Under the pieces are notes generated by a model, which worked only from the letters and a program-made list of their open reading frames with translations, made no database searches and had not been told where the DNA came from. This document shows, in pieces, positions 1-8,235 of a stretch of DNA of 39,771 bases. A program made the position numbers and the translations under genes. Source of the stretch: Terriglobia bacterium (GTDB lineage Bacteria; Acidobacteriota; Terriglobia; Versatilivoradales; Versatilivoraceae); assembly GCA_041484625.1 (NCBI GenBank), contig JBGPHY010000003.1, positions 1-39,771 on the forward strand, written 5' to 3'. The first letter of the stretch is position 1; each line of letters opens with the position of its first letter.

Positions 1-277
1 CCTCCTCAGGACTCATACCATTACGAGATTCTTTAACTCTGTCTCCTCGGCTTTCTAAAACAGCCGAAGGGGACTGCTCGAGCCTCGTCTGGATGGAACC
101 GTTCAATTCGCTCAAAGCAAAGACAACCAGGGCCTCCCGCTCCAGCGATTGTTCCAATTGAAGCAGGCTGTTAGACATCATGATGAGAGTCTTCCCTTCC
201 ATCAGCTGGAGACACTCCTTCAGCAAATTCAGTTTCTGTTGGTAGAGGGAAACGATCCCCTCGCTCGGATGAGTCAT
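1..277 (-). CDS. Probable FlgN-like flagellar export chaperone (3' end beyond the left edge)
   Basis: Not in the ORF track. ATG at 277, frame open to the edge: MTHPSEGIVSLYQQKLNLLKECLQLMEGKTLIMMSNSLLQLEQSLEREALVVFALSELNGSIQTRLEQ..., Leu/Gln/Glu-rich and helical. It lies downstream of flgM, the usual flgN position. The assignment rests on synteny and composition. Confidence 0.55.
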   Translation of the reverse strand, partial: MTHPSEGIVSLYQQKLNLLKECLQLMEGKTLIMMSNSLLQLEQSLEREALVVFALSELNGSIQTRLEQSPSAVLESRGDRVKESRNGMSPEE

Positions 278-280
278 GGA

Positions 281-490
281 CTACACCTGAATGTCCAACA
301 ATCGATTGTTCCCTTCATCCATCCCTGGATGATCCGCCTCGGGACTCTGAAGATCGGGCGGAGCCGAATCGGTCCTCGGTTTTCCTCCCTGGTCACGGCG
401 TTTCTGGGGGTTGCCGGAATTCTCCTGATTCGGACGAACACGGATCGGATCGAAGACTGGACGGTCAATTTTGTGAATATCCTCGGTCAT
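281..490 (-). CDS. Small hypothetical protein (69 aa), hydrophilic with a hydrophobic C-terminal strand
   Basis: ATG preceded by GGGGGA, stop 3 nt before the next ATG, same orientation as the operon, ends NRLLDIQV. Confidence 0.6.
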   Translation of the reverse strand: MTEDIHKIDRPVFDPIRVRPNQENSGNPQKRRDQGGKPRTDSAPPDLQSPEADHPGMDEGNNRLLDIQV

Positions 491-565
491 ACCATCCCCC
501 GGAAATCATGCGGGGATCATTCCAAATCAAAGGCAAACTGCCTTAGCCCGGACTCCGAAACGACT

Positions 566-871
566 TCAAGCTGTGAAGTCGATCAGATTGCGACGGATGA
601 TCCCGTCAGCGATCCGTTCTCCTCTTACGTTATATGTTCCTTCCTGAATGGCCTTGGCCAATGAATTCACTCTTGCCAGGCGGAAATCGGGTTAGGTGTC
701 GACCATCTTCCTGACCTGCAGGAACTCGCGACTCTTGTCCGAAATGCTCAGCAAATCATCTTGTGCCAATGAAGAGGCTCTGCCTGGCTTCTTTCCCTGC
801 TGTGACACGGGATCAGACACCACGGGCAGCACAATCACGTTCGATTTGTCGTGGATTCGATCAACGGACAT
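566..871 (-). pseudogene. flgM: Anti-sigma28 factor FlgM interrupted by an in-frame TAA at codon 60 (692-694)
   Basis: Manual translation: MSVDRIHDKSNVIVLPVVSDPVSQQGKKPGRASSLAQDDLLSISDKSREFLQVRKMVDT*PDFRLARVNSLAKAIQEGTYNVRGERIADGIIRRNLIDFTA. The D-x-L-x-IS motif and PD-x-R-xx-RV-xx-L-xx-AI-xx-GTY-x-V....IAD are typical FlgM signatures. It follows flgJ and has a sigma28-like promoter. The stop could be a sequence error. Confidence 0.88.
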
Positions 872-902
872 AGTGGAGTCTCTTTTTGCCTCCTCACTAG
901 AT

Positions 903-930
903 CTATCGTCTGCCGGTGGAAATTCCCTTA
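903..930 (-). promoter_or_regulatory. Sigma28 (FliA)-type promoter for flgM
   Basis: Minus strand TAAG-N16-GACGATAG versus the consensus TAAA-N15/16-GCCGATAA, 32 nt upstream of the flgM ATG. Confidence 0.6.
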
Positions 931-938
931 GTCTTTAT

Positions 939-1868
939 TCAGATAGGCTGGTTCTCCTGGCGACTGAGTGCGGTCATGAGATGTTCGCGGGGGTCCACAC
1001 TCTCTCCCTCACGCTGCAACTCGAAGTGCAAATGAGGACCCGTCGAACGGCCCGTACTCCCAACAATTCCAATAACTTCCAGGGATTTGACAACCTGCCC
1101 AGCGGTGACCAGGTTACTGGCAGCATGGGCATAAAGGGTTCGAAATCCGCCTTCATGCTCGATGATTACGGTGTTGCCATAACCTTTCATGGATCCCGAG
1201 TACAGCACAGTTCCAGCCTGAGCCGCCCGAATTGGCGATCCTGTCGAGGCCGCAATGTCCACACCACGGTGAAATCGAGGGTCGTGTGTATACGGATCTG
1301 ATCTCATACCGAAAGAAGAAGCCCATCTCCCCTGCACGGGTAGGCTTAAATCCATTGGATCATGGATGGAATTGTCAAAGGGAGTCTCTGGTTCCGCTGG
1401 AGTTTGAAGTGTGGATTCCGATCGTCGGATTTCCCAGGGTGGAACGGAAGTTTCCTGGTCTTTTCGCGGCAAAGGGGTTCCTGTTGAGTTTATCGCTTGA
1501 GGTCTCTGCCCGGTGGGGCTATCCTTCGAGTTCTCGGACAATTGGCGATACAGCATTTCCCCAATCCCCAGGCTGTGACTCCTGGCAATCTGCAGCCCGA
1601 TCTCCTGGTCAAACATCTCCATGTAAGTTTGCTTTCCAAGGTTGCTTGCCTCCTCATCTGTCTCCTCGACCGTGGAACGCATCACCTTCAGCAAATAGCT
1701 GATGAAAATCCCCTCAAATTCCTGTGTGGCTTTCTTTAGTTCCTCAGCCCGTTTTTCGGTGGAAAGGTTTCTGAGCTGTACTTCACGCGACTGAAGGCTC
1801 TCCAACCCGTGTGTCAGGCCGGCCTCCGACGGGGTAATAGCAGGTCGTGATAATGCATCAAAGTTCAT
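939..1868 (-). CDS. flgJ: FlgJ rod-capping domain fused to an M23-family peptidoglycan endopeptidase
   Basis: N-terminal LKKATQEFEGIFISYLLKVMRST...YMEMFDQEI...SLGIGEMLYRQL (rod-binding domain). C-terminal HRGVDIAA, GYGNTVIIEH, TLYAH and STGPHLHFE (M23 HxxxD/HxH zinc motifs). Follows flgI. Confidence 0.9.
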   Translation of the reverse strand: MNFDALSRPAITPSEAGLTHGLESLQSREVQLRNLSTEKRAEELKKATQEFEGIFISYLLKVMRSTVEETDEEASNLGKQTYMEMFDQEIGLQIARSHSLGIGEMLYRQLSENSKDSPTGQRPQAINSTGTPLPRKDQETSVPPWEIRRSESTLQTPAEPETPFDNSIHDPMDLSLPVQGRWASSFGMRSDPYTHDPRFHRGVDIAASTGSPIRAAQAGTVLYSGSMKGYGNTVIIEHEGGFRTLYAHAASNLVTAGQVVKSLEVIGIVGSTGRSTGPHLHFELQREGESVDPREHLMTALSRQENQPI

Positions 1869-1886
1869 TGCAATTGAAGAGTCTCA

Positions 1887-1902
1887 AGCAGGCTTTGAAC
1901 CA
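1887..1902 (-). promoter_or_regulatory. Sigma54 (-24/-12) promoter candidate for flgJ
   Basis: Minus strand TGGTTCAAAGCCTGCT, exact GG-N10-GC spacing, 19 nt from the ATG. Confidence 0.55.
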
Positions 1903-1995
1903 TAAATCGACACGCCTCGATCGGCAATAAAGCCATCGGCGAAAGATTCTGGTAGACAACCTCCAAACCTTCGATGGACGTCGGAAACCTGGAAC

Positions 1996-3138
1996 TTAAA
2001 TGATCTCTAACTCTGCCTGAAGGGCTCCCGCAGCTTTGATGGCCTGGAAGATCGCCACCATGTCCTTGGGAGTGACTCCCAGCGAATTCAAGGCCTTGAC
2101 CAGATCTTCGACGTTGGCACCGTCTTTGAGCAATACCAGGTTGCTTTGCTTCTCTTGGGCTTTGACCGTTTGTTCAGGAAGGGCTACTGTCTCTCCCACT
2201 CGGCTGAAGGGGGCAGGCTGGGAGACATTGAAGTTGGTCCCAATCTGGATGGAAAGATTTCCCTGGGTGATCGCCACTTCCGAGATGCGCACATCTCTGC
2301 CAATGATCACTGTGCCGGTCCGCTCGTTCAGGACAACCTTCGCTTTGCGGTCCGTAGCAATTTCCACATTCTCGATCTGAGCGATCAACTCCACCAGGTT
2401 GTTTTTGTATTCAGGAGGAACTTGAACACGAACTGTCCTTCCGTCCAAAGACCTTGCTCGGCCCACACCCAGTTTTTGGTTAATCCCGGACTCCATGTGA
2501 CTGATAGTGGTGAAATCATTCTCATTGAGAACCAAATCAAGGTAGTCCTTCTGGAATAGATCCACGGCGACTTCACGCTCTACGATGGCTCCGCTGGGAA
2601 TCCGACCGACGGTTGGATGGTTGACCTGGACTCCGTTGACCGCGTTACCCGCGGAGAAGCCGCCAATAGTGACCGCTCCCTGGGCAACGGCATAAACCAT
2701 GCCGTTCGCCGCCTTAATGGGTGTCTGGACCAGGATCCCACCCTGCAGACTGCGGGCATCCCCTATCGAAGATACAGTGCAATCAATGCGGCTTCCGCTG
2801 CGTACAAAAGGAGAGAGGTCCGCAGTTACCATAACGGCCGCAATGTTTTCGACCCTAATATCCCTGGCTGACACGGTGACTCCCATCCTCTCCAGCATGT
2901 TCAGCAAGCTTTGCGTGGAAAAGATGGTCTGCCGCCGGTCACCTGTCTTGTTCAAGCCGACCACCAGCCCATAGCCCAACAACTGGTTATCCCGTACGCC
3001 CTGAACCCGGGCTACGTCCTTGATTCGCGCATTCGCCGAAGCAAGGGTGACAGAAGCCAAAACGAGACAACCGGCTAGGAAGACGATCTCCCCCAGCCGT
3101 GCCGAACGGAAAGATGGCGCTGCTGCCCAAAATTTCAT
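1996..3138 (-). CDS. flgI: Flagellar P-ring protein FlgI
   Basis: Signal peptide, then ARIKDVARVQGVRDNQLLGYGLVVGL, VSSIGDARSLQGG, NERTGTVIIG and C-terminal AGALQAELEII. Confidence 0.97.
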   Translation of the reverse strand: MKFWAAAPSFRSARLGEIVFLAGCLVLASVTLASANARIKDVARVQGVRDNQLLGYGLVVGLNKTGDRRQTIFSTQSLLNMLERMGVTVSARDIRVENIAAVMVTADLSPFVRSGSRIDCTVSSIGDARSLQGGILVQTPIKAANGMVYAVAQGAVTIGGFSAGNAVNGVQVNHPTVGRIPSGAIVEREVAVDLFQKDYLDLVLNENDFTTISHMESGINQKLGVGRARSLDGRTVRVQVPPEYKNNLVELIAQIENVEIATDRKAKVVLNERTGTVIIGRDVRISEVAITQGNLSIQIGTNFNVSQPAPFSRVGETVALPEQTVKAQEKQSNLVLLKDGANVEDLVKALNSLGVTPKDMVAIFQAIKAAGALQAELEII

Positions 3139-3165
3139 GTCTCACTCCTTTGCGACCCTTTCAAC

Positions 3166-3903
3166 CTAAAACGGCCAGACCTTGGTCAGAGCTCGGTGCA
3201 GCCAACCCGGCTTGAGGTTCTCTGAAAGGATCCCCTTCCCTTCGATTTGAACCAGCATGTTGGCGATAAAGGTGGAGGATACCACATTGTTGGATCCAAT
3301 ATCCTTGGGTCGAACCACTCCGAGGAGAGTTAGCATCTGTCGTTCGTTATTGATCTTGACTTCCTTGATTCCTTCAATAACCAGATCGCCGTTAGGCAGG
3401 ACTTCCTTCACCCTGGCGGAGAGGTATGCAGACAGGGTTCCGGTCCTTTTGGTCGTTCCGTCTCCCTTGAACCCCATGTCGGTGTTGGCGGTGATGAGTT
3501 TGTCAAATCGTAGTGTGTTCTTGGTCTCCACTCCAAAAAGGTTCGGGACCCCAATGGCTGTTGAACTCTTCCGGTTGGTTTGAGAATCTGCCGTGCTCTC
3601 AGCAATGGTAGACTCCTCAACGCGAATCGTGACAATATCGTTCAGCCTTCGAGCCTTAATGTCAGTGTACAGGTCAGAGTTTGTGCCAGCATCGAGATAG
3701 AGTGAACCCTCCGACGATTGTGCGGGGAGTTGGGTGGCTTTGGCCTGACGGATGTACTCTTCCAGGCTGACTGCCACCGGGTTCGGTTTGCTTTTAGGCA
3801 TGGATGAGGGCGCCCAGGCACCCAGCATCAGCAACAGTGCAATTGCTGACCTGCCATGTACTGCAACTCCCAGAAACCTGAGAATGAGAGCCTTCATATT
3901 CAT
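3166..3903 (-). CDS. flgH: Flagellar L-ring protein FlgH (no cysteine, so no lipobox)
   Basis: KARRLNDIVTIRVEE, VKEVLPNGDLVIEG.KEVKIN, GVVRP.DI..NN.V.S..IAN and PGWL....WPF. Start moved to ATG 3903, which has GAGGTGA upstream. Confidence 0.94.
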   Translation of the reverse strand: MNMKALILRFLGVAVHGRSAIALLLMLGAWAPSSMPKSKPNPVAVSLEEYIRQAKATQLPAQSSEGSLYLDAGTNSDLYTDIKARRLNDIVTIRVEESTIAESTADSQTNRKSSTAIGVPNLFGVETKNTLRFDKLITANTDMGFKGDGTTKRTGTLSAYLSARVKEVLPNGDLVIEGIKEVKINNERQMLTLLGVVRPKDIGSNNVVSSTFIANMLVQIEGKGILSENLKPGWLHRALTKVWPF

Positions 3904-3913
3904 TATTCTCACC

Positions 3914-4909
3914 TCAAAAAACAACTCGAGCGGTAGAATGATCAACAACTTCCACCCTTAAAATCTTTTTTGAGTCCAGGTTCATGACCTGGATCCTCCC
4001 TCCACGAACCCCCGATTCCAGCGATTTTGCCTGAGTGGTCAAACGTAGGTTCTCATTCTGGTATACGAGGGTAACGGTATCTCCCCGCTTGATCAGCGGC
4101 ACTGTCATGAGAAGATCCTCATTCAAAATCTGTCCCATCGAAATCAAGGTCCGAGGCTTTTTCCCTTCCAGGATATTGACATCGCGGACTGGTGGATGCA
4201 GGGTTGTGGGCAGGCGCTTCCATTCCAAGCGAAAATCATCCGGACCGATCATGTTCGCCGGTGCGAGTTCTCGAGCTGCCACGGCAACCATATCCTCAAT
4301 GTCCAGGACAGTCCGCAGGAACAACCGTCTGACCATCTCTCTGTCCACGGAGATGTTAACCACCAGGTAGAAAGGGCGAGCCAAGTCGGTCTTAGGCGAA
4401 TATTCGAAGCTGAACGCCACGTTCCCTTCGGGTAACTGAACAGTGTCCGGTACCTCGAGTTTTTCAAGGTGGACCTTTTTCCACGACAATCTAGGAAGGA
4501 ATTCGCGAATCACAGCAGCCTCAATCTCGCCAAAGCTGAGAATCCGAGAGTACCGGACTATCCGGACCTCTTCGGGAATTTCCAAACAGTAGCTTCCCGA
4601 AGTGATTCCAAACACTTCCAGCTTATGCAAGATTTCCGCCTGTGAAAGAGTCTTGGTCTTACCTGCCTGTGGAGCCAGACCCAGAGAAGCTGTTCGCAGT
4701 TGGTTTCGGATTGAAGGATTCACGTCATCCAGCCGCAGGATATCTCCCAGGAACACTTCCCCGCCCTTCACCACCGCCTCGGTTATGCCCAGGATCCTGC
4801 TACAGTCTCGGTGTTCGGAAAAGGCAACTGCGGAGAACCGGAGCGTTCCCAGGACCAAGCAGCACAGGAGTACTAAAATCGTCTTCTTAGTCTGGAAGAA
4901 TCGCTGCAT
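3914..4909 (-). CDS. flgA: P-ring formation chaperone FlgA (long form)
   Basis: Signal peptide, VFLGDI...LGLAPQAG N-terminal domain, SAF-like VAARELAP region, C-terminal LIKRGDTVTLVY...G..I.V.NLDSKK. Lies between flgG and flgH. Confidence 0.92.
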   Translation of the reverse strand: MQRFFQTKKTILVLLCCLVLGTLRFSAVAFSEHRDCSRILGITEAVVKGGEVFLGDILRLDDVNPSIRNQLRTASLGLAPQAGKTKTLSQAEILHKLEVFGITSGSYCLEIPEEVRIVRYSRILSFGEIEAAVIREFLPRLSWKKVHLEKLEVPDTVQLPEGNVAFSFEYSPKTDLARPFYLVVNISVDREMVRRLFLRTVLDIEDMVAVAARELAPANMIGPDDFRLEWKRLPTTLHPPVRDVNILEGKKPRTLISMGQILNEDLLMTVPLIKRGDTVTLVYQNENLRLTTQAKSLESGVRGGRIQVMNLDSKKILRVEVVDHSTARVVF

Positions 4910-4939
4910 TGTCTACCCTCAGATTACCGTCCTTGCCGC

Positions 4940-5728
4940 CTATCTAACCACATTGTTCATCGTTTGCAGCATTTCATCAGCAGTTCTGACCACCTTGGAG
5001 TTGATCTCATAGGCCCGTTGGCCAATGATCATGTTGACCATTTCTTCAACGACACTTACATTCGACTGCTCAAGGAACCCCTGGTTGATGGTGCCGATCC
5101 CATTTTCACCGGCTGGACCAGTAATTGGCTCCCCAGAGGAGGATGTCGGCATAAACAGGTTCTTCCCGACACTGTTTAGGCCCGCGGGGTTCTGAAAAAT
5201 GGCCAATTGAATTGTGCCCACTTGCTGGGCCTGGGATTGTCCCGGCTGAGTCACCGAAACCGTGCCATCTATGCCCACGGTGATAGTCAACGCGTCGTTG
5301 GGGATTGTGATCTGGGGGTCCAGAGGATTTCCGTCGGCCGTCACCATGCTGCCCTCGCGGTTTAAATGGAAAGCGCCGGCACGCGTGTAGGCAATATCGC
5401 CGTTCGGCAACCGCACCTGGAAGAAGCCGTTCCCTTCAATGACCAGGTCCAGCGGATTCCCGGACTGCCGGAAATCCCCCTGTGTAAACAACCGCGAAGT
5501 GGCTACCGGACGTGAGCCTAATCCGACCTGCAGACCCACGGGCAAATCAGTTGAGGTGGAAGAGGCTGCTCCCGAGGCCCGGACGTTCTGATACAAGAGA
5601 TCCTGGAATTCGGTTCGGGCCTGTTTGAACCCCGCAGTGTTCACGTTGGCAAGGTTGTTGGCAATGACGTCAATGTTTAATTGTTGAGCTTCCAGGCCGC
5701 TGGCGGCCGTGTATAATGCGCGAATCAT
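4940..5728 (-). CDS. flgG: Distal rod protein FlgG
   Basis: [80 protein letters not shown]. Confidence 0.98.
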   Translation of the reverse strand: MIRALYTAASGLEAQQLNIDVIANNLANVNTAGFKQARTEFQDLLYQNVRASGAASSTSTDLPVGLQVGLGSRPVATSRLFTQGDFRQSGNPLDLVIEGNGFFQVRLPNGDIAYTRAGAFHLNREGSMVTADGNPLDPQITIPNDALTITVGIDGTVSVTQPGQSQAQQVGTIQLAIFQNPAGLNSVGKNLFMPTSSSGEPITGPAGENGIGTINQGFLEQSNVSVVEEMVNMIIGQRAYEINSKVVRTADEMLQTMNNVVR

Positions 5729-5825
5729 TTGTTTCCTCCTAAGTTAGGAGCAGAGCCTTGTAACCCCGCACCTGAATTTACTTGCGAGCAACTGCGCGTC
5801 TTCCGGTCCAAATCGGTCTTCCGCC

Positions 5826-6572
5826 TTAGCCTGTCGGTCGGCCCACCTGGTTGATGGATCGATCATTCATAGTATTCATCATCATCTGGATGGCTTTCTG
5901 CAGGGATTCAAACTGCCGGTTCATAGTAATCAGCAGAGTCATCTGCCGGATCGGGTTCACGTTCGATTGTTCTAGGCTTCCCTGCCGAACGATCAATTCT
6001 TTTGCCTCCAACTCCTTGAGCTGTGGATCAGGATTGCGGAACAAGGATCCTTCTGACTTCTCTAGTTTGCTTTTGTCTGCAAAGTCCACAATCTTGAGAG
6101 TGTCCACCCTTGCCCCATTGACCTCGAAGTCTCCCGTCTGGGAGACGTTCACGCTTCCTTTCGGGAGGCGGATCGAGCCCTTTTTCCCCTGCACAGCAAA
6201 TCCCTTCGAGGTTGCAAGTTGTCCTTTGGAGTCGACCTGAAGATTCCCATTGCGGGTGTAACGGGTGCCGTTGGGAGTCTCGACGGTAAAGAATCCAGGT
6301 CCTTCCAAAGCGAGGTCCAGGTCGCGACCTGTCACCATCAGTGGGCCGGCGCGGTAGTCAGTGGCAGCTCCTTCCACAACTGAGGAGTCATTGATCACCC
6401 GGTCGAGTGGCGCTACCGAGCTTTCCGCCAATGCGCGGTTGTAGACCCGGAAGAATGACTCATCTCCCTTAAACCCGGTGGTATTTACGTTGGCCAGGTT
6501 GTTAGAAAGCACCTCCAGCATATCGGCCAATGCCCGAAGGCCCGAGTACGAAGAATACAATCCGCTATCCAT
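5826..6572 (-). CDS. flgF: Proximal rod protein FlgF
   Basis: [47 protein letters not shown]. Directly upstream of flgG. Confidence 0.93.
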   Translation of the reverse strand: MDSGLYSSYSGLRALADMLEVLSNNLANVNTTGFKGDESFFRVYNRALAESSVAPLDRVINDSSVVEGAATDYRAGPLMVTGRDLDLALEGPGFFTVETPNGTRYTRNGNLQVDSKGQLATSKGFAVQGKKGSIRLPKGSVNVSQTGDFEVNGARVDTLKIVDFADKSKLEKSEGSLFRNPDPQLKELEAKELIVRQGSLEQSNVNPIRQMTLLITMNRQFESLQKAIQMMMNTMNDRSINQVGRPTG

Positions 6573-6609
6573 AGGTCAGCTCCGACAGTCTAGTGTCGCC
6601 CTTATAACT

Positions 6610-6625
6610 AGCAGGTTCGTTTCCA
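6610..6625 (-). promoter_or_regulatory. Sigma54 promoter candidate for the flgF operon
   Basis: Minus strand TGGAAACGAACCTGCT (GG-N10-GC), 38 nt upstream of the ATG. Confidence 0.65.
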
Positions 6626-6754
6626 TTGTGGATCCAGTCCTCCGATTAGGCTCGCGCCAAGCTTGATCCACACTAAACTACAATGAAGACAGCTTTCCGT
6701 TGGAATTCCTTTCCCGTAGAGTCCGGTTATGATTTGTGCGGAGTTCTCTCGCCC

Positions 6755-6797
6755 GGCAAATTTGGCTCGGCGGCTACTTGACTGGGCAATTCTTACC
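6755..6797. promoter_or_regulatory. Candidate upstream activator sites (GGCAA-type 13-bp boxes) for the flgF promoter
   Basis: GGCAAATTTGGCT (6755-6767) and GGCAATTCTTACC (6785-6797), 130-170 nt upstream of the -24 box. Similar boxes precede flgD and flgB. Confidence 0.4.
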
Positions 6798-6809
6798 CAC
6801 GTCAAACTC

Positions 6810-7676
6810 TCAGCCCGACTGGTCATCTGATTGGAGTTGAATGACCGGGACATGCTCCACCACAAGATCTTCAGTTTCGGCCCCGGCTCCGAACCGCGAC
6901 CAGACTAGCTGATGAAAGTAACCGACATTGAGCGACTTCGCATGGGTATCCCTGGCTCGTTCCACGATCATGGAAGAAATCTCAATCAAATCGCTCGAAA
7001 ATGAGTCAGCCAGAGACTCGGTTGACCCCTCAGGCACGCTCGTGGATGAGATGACCTGTTGAATCAACTGCCTGACTGCATCCTCATCCCCAAGATAAAT
7101 CGAGAGATCGCAGTTCAGGATACCCCGCAGGTTGATCATGGACGGAATGACACTCGGATCGTAAGTCACCAGCAGCAGCGAATTGCTGGTTGTGTCATAG
7201 TCCACCGGCAGAAATTTCAATCGCTGTATGATTGCGGCTGGAACCATGCTCATGGCCTTAGGGCTTGACCGCAGGTTGATGAGATTAATAACAGGAAGCG
7301 AAAACTGGCGGCTTAGTGCCATGGTGATGTCCCGTTCCTTGATGAATCCCATGCTCTGAAGGTAGTGCCCCAGCCTCTCTTCTCCCTCCTTCGGGTGCGG
7401 GTTCGTGTCTTTCTGCTGCTCGGCCAAAGCTAGGTCCAGTTGTTCCTTTGTGATCACTCCGTTCTGGAGCAGGAGGAAACCAAAGCGGGTCCGGTTTGAC
7501 ACTATGCCGGATTTGTCTTTTGGCCGGCTCGACTTCTCAAGGCGCTGCAGGATTCCGGTCTCCAGACAAGGCTCACTGCAGTACCAGTGTGTTTCCATGT
7601 AATAGCCCGGTTTCTTGCTAACCCGCTGCCGAAACCAATTCAGACGGTTTTCGCAACTGGCGTTTTGACAATTCAT
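6810..7676 (-). CDS. Cys4 zinc-finger-like + MshEN (c-di-GMP-binding) + T2SSE/PilB N-terminal-like domain protein, no ATPase domain
   Basis: CQNASC...WYCSEPC at the N-terminus. Tandem motifs RFGFLLLQNGVITKEQLDLALAEQ and RLGHYLQSMGFIKERDITMALSRQ match RLGxxLxxxGxIxxxxLxxALxxQ. Then FSLPVINL...VPAAIIQRLKFLPV...LLLVTYDPS, as in GspE/PilB N-domains. No Walker A motif. Confidence 0.85.
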   Translation of the reverse strand: MNCQNASCENRLNWFRQRVSKKPGYYMETHWYCSEPCLETGILQRLEKSSRPKDKSGIVSNRTRFGFLLLQNGVITKEQLDLALAEQQKDTNPHPKEGEERLGHYLQSMGFIKERDITMALSRQFSLPVINLINLRSSPKAMSMVPAAIIQRLKFLPVDYDTTSNSLLLVTYDPSVIPSMINLRGILNCDLSIYLGDEDAVRQLIQQVISSTSVPEGSTESLADSFSSDLIEISSMIVERARDTHAKSLNVGYFHQLVWSRFGAGAETEDLVVEHVPVIQLQSDDQSG

Positions 7677-7702
7677 GAGAAATTGAGTTTCACTATGGAC
7701 AA

Positions 7703-8215
7703 TTATGAAGCCTCGGCGGTGCGCTTGGTTTTGCTGGCACGGGCACCGGCAGTGTTCAAATTCAGAACAAGCTCTATTTCCCCTTGAGGTACCCCCAGCC
7801 TGGCGGCAATCTCCCTCGATCCCTTTCCTTCTCCAGCGAGTTGAAGGATATTTTCTGCTTTCCGACGACCCTGGCCTCGATTCTGGTTGCTTTCACTATC
7901 GGGAGGTGATTCGACCTCCAGTCTCGGCCTGGTCGATGCCTCCCGCGGTCGCAGACGCTTGCTGGCGACAATCTGCTCTTTCGTTTGGTGCCCAAGACCT
8001 GTCGCTAAGTCCGAAGGCTCAGTCGGCCTGATCTGCAGCGAGAACTCCGAGAAGGTCTTTTCGCATTCCTTCATAAACTCGCCAAGCGAGGACTCCAGAT
8101 GCAGTAGTCGCTGATTCACCCGGCCCACTTGCTGGCGGATCCCTTTCCTGTCTTGAGTCCAGAATCCGATCAAAATTAGAACAGCACATATTTCAATCAC
8201 AATACGAATGCCCAT
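7703..8215 (-). CDS. Membrane-anchored flagellar accessory protein, DUF2802/DUF6115 (SwrB-like) type
   Basis: N-terminal hydrophobic helix, coiled coil, disordered linker, C-terminal ILQLAGEGKGSREIAARLGVPQGEIELVLNL (HTH-like signature of this flagellum-linked family). Confidence 0.7.
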   Translation of the reverse strand: MGIRIVIEICAVLILIGFWTQDRKGIRQQVGRVNQRLLHLESSLGEFMKECEKTFSEFSLQIRPTEPSDLATGLGHQTKEQIVASKRLRPREASTRPRLEVESPPDSESNQNRGQGRRKAENILQLAGEGKGSREIAARLGVPQGEIELVLNLNTAGARASKTKRTAEAS

Positions 8216-8235
8216 GGGGGGACTCCCTTTGTGAA

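Noticed and set aside
149-1301. Plus-strand ORFs 149-664 and 696-1301
   Set aside because: They are antisense shadows of the flgN-like gene, the orphan, flgM and flgJ, with no recognisable motifs.
6608-6865. 85-aa minus-strand ORF upstream of flgF
   Set aside because: It overlaps the MshEN gene end and runs across the flgF promoter and enhancer boxes, with no family features.
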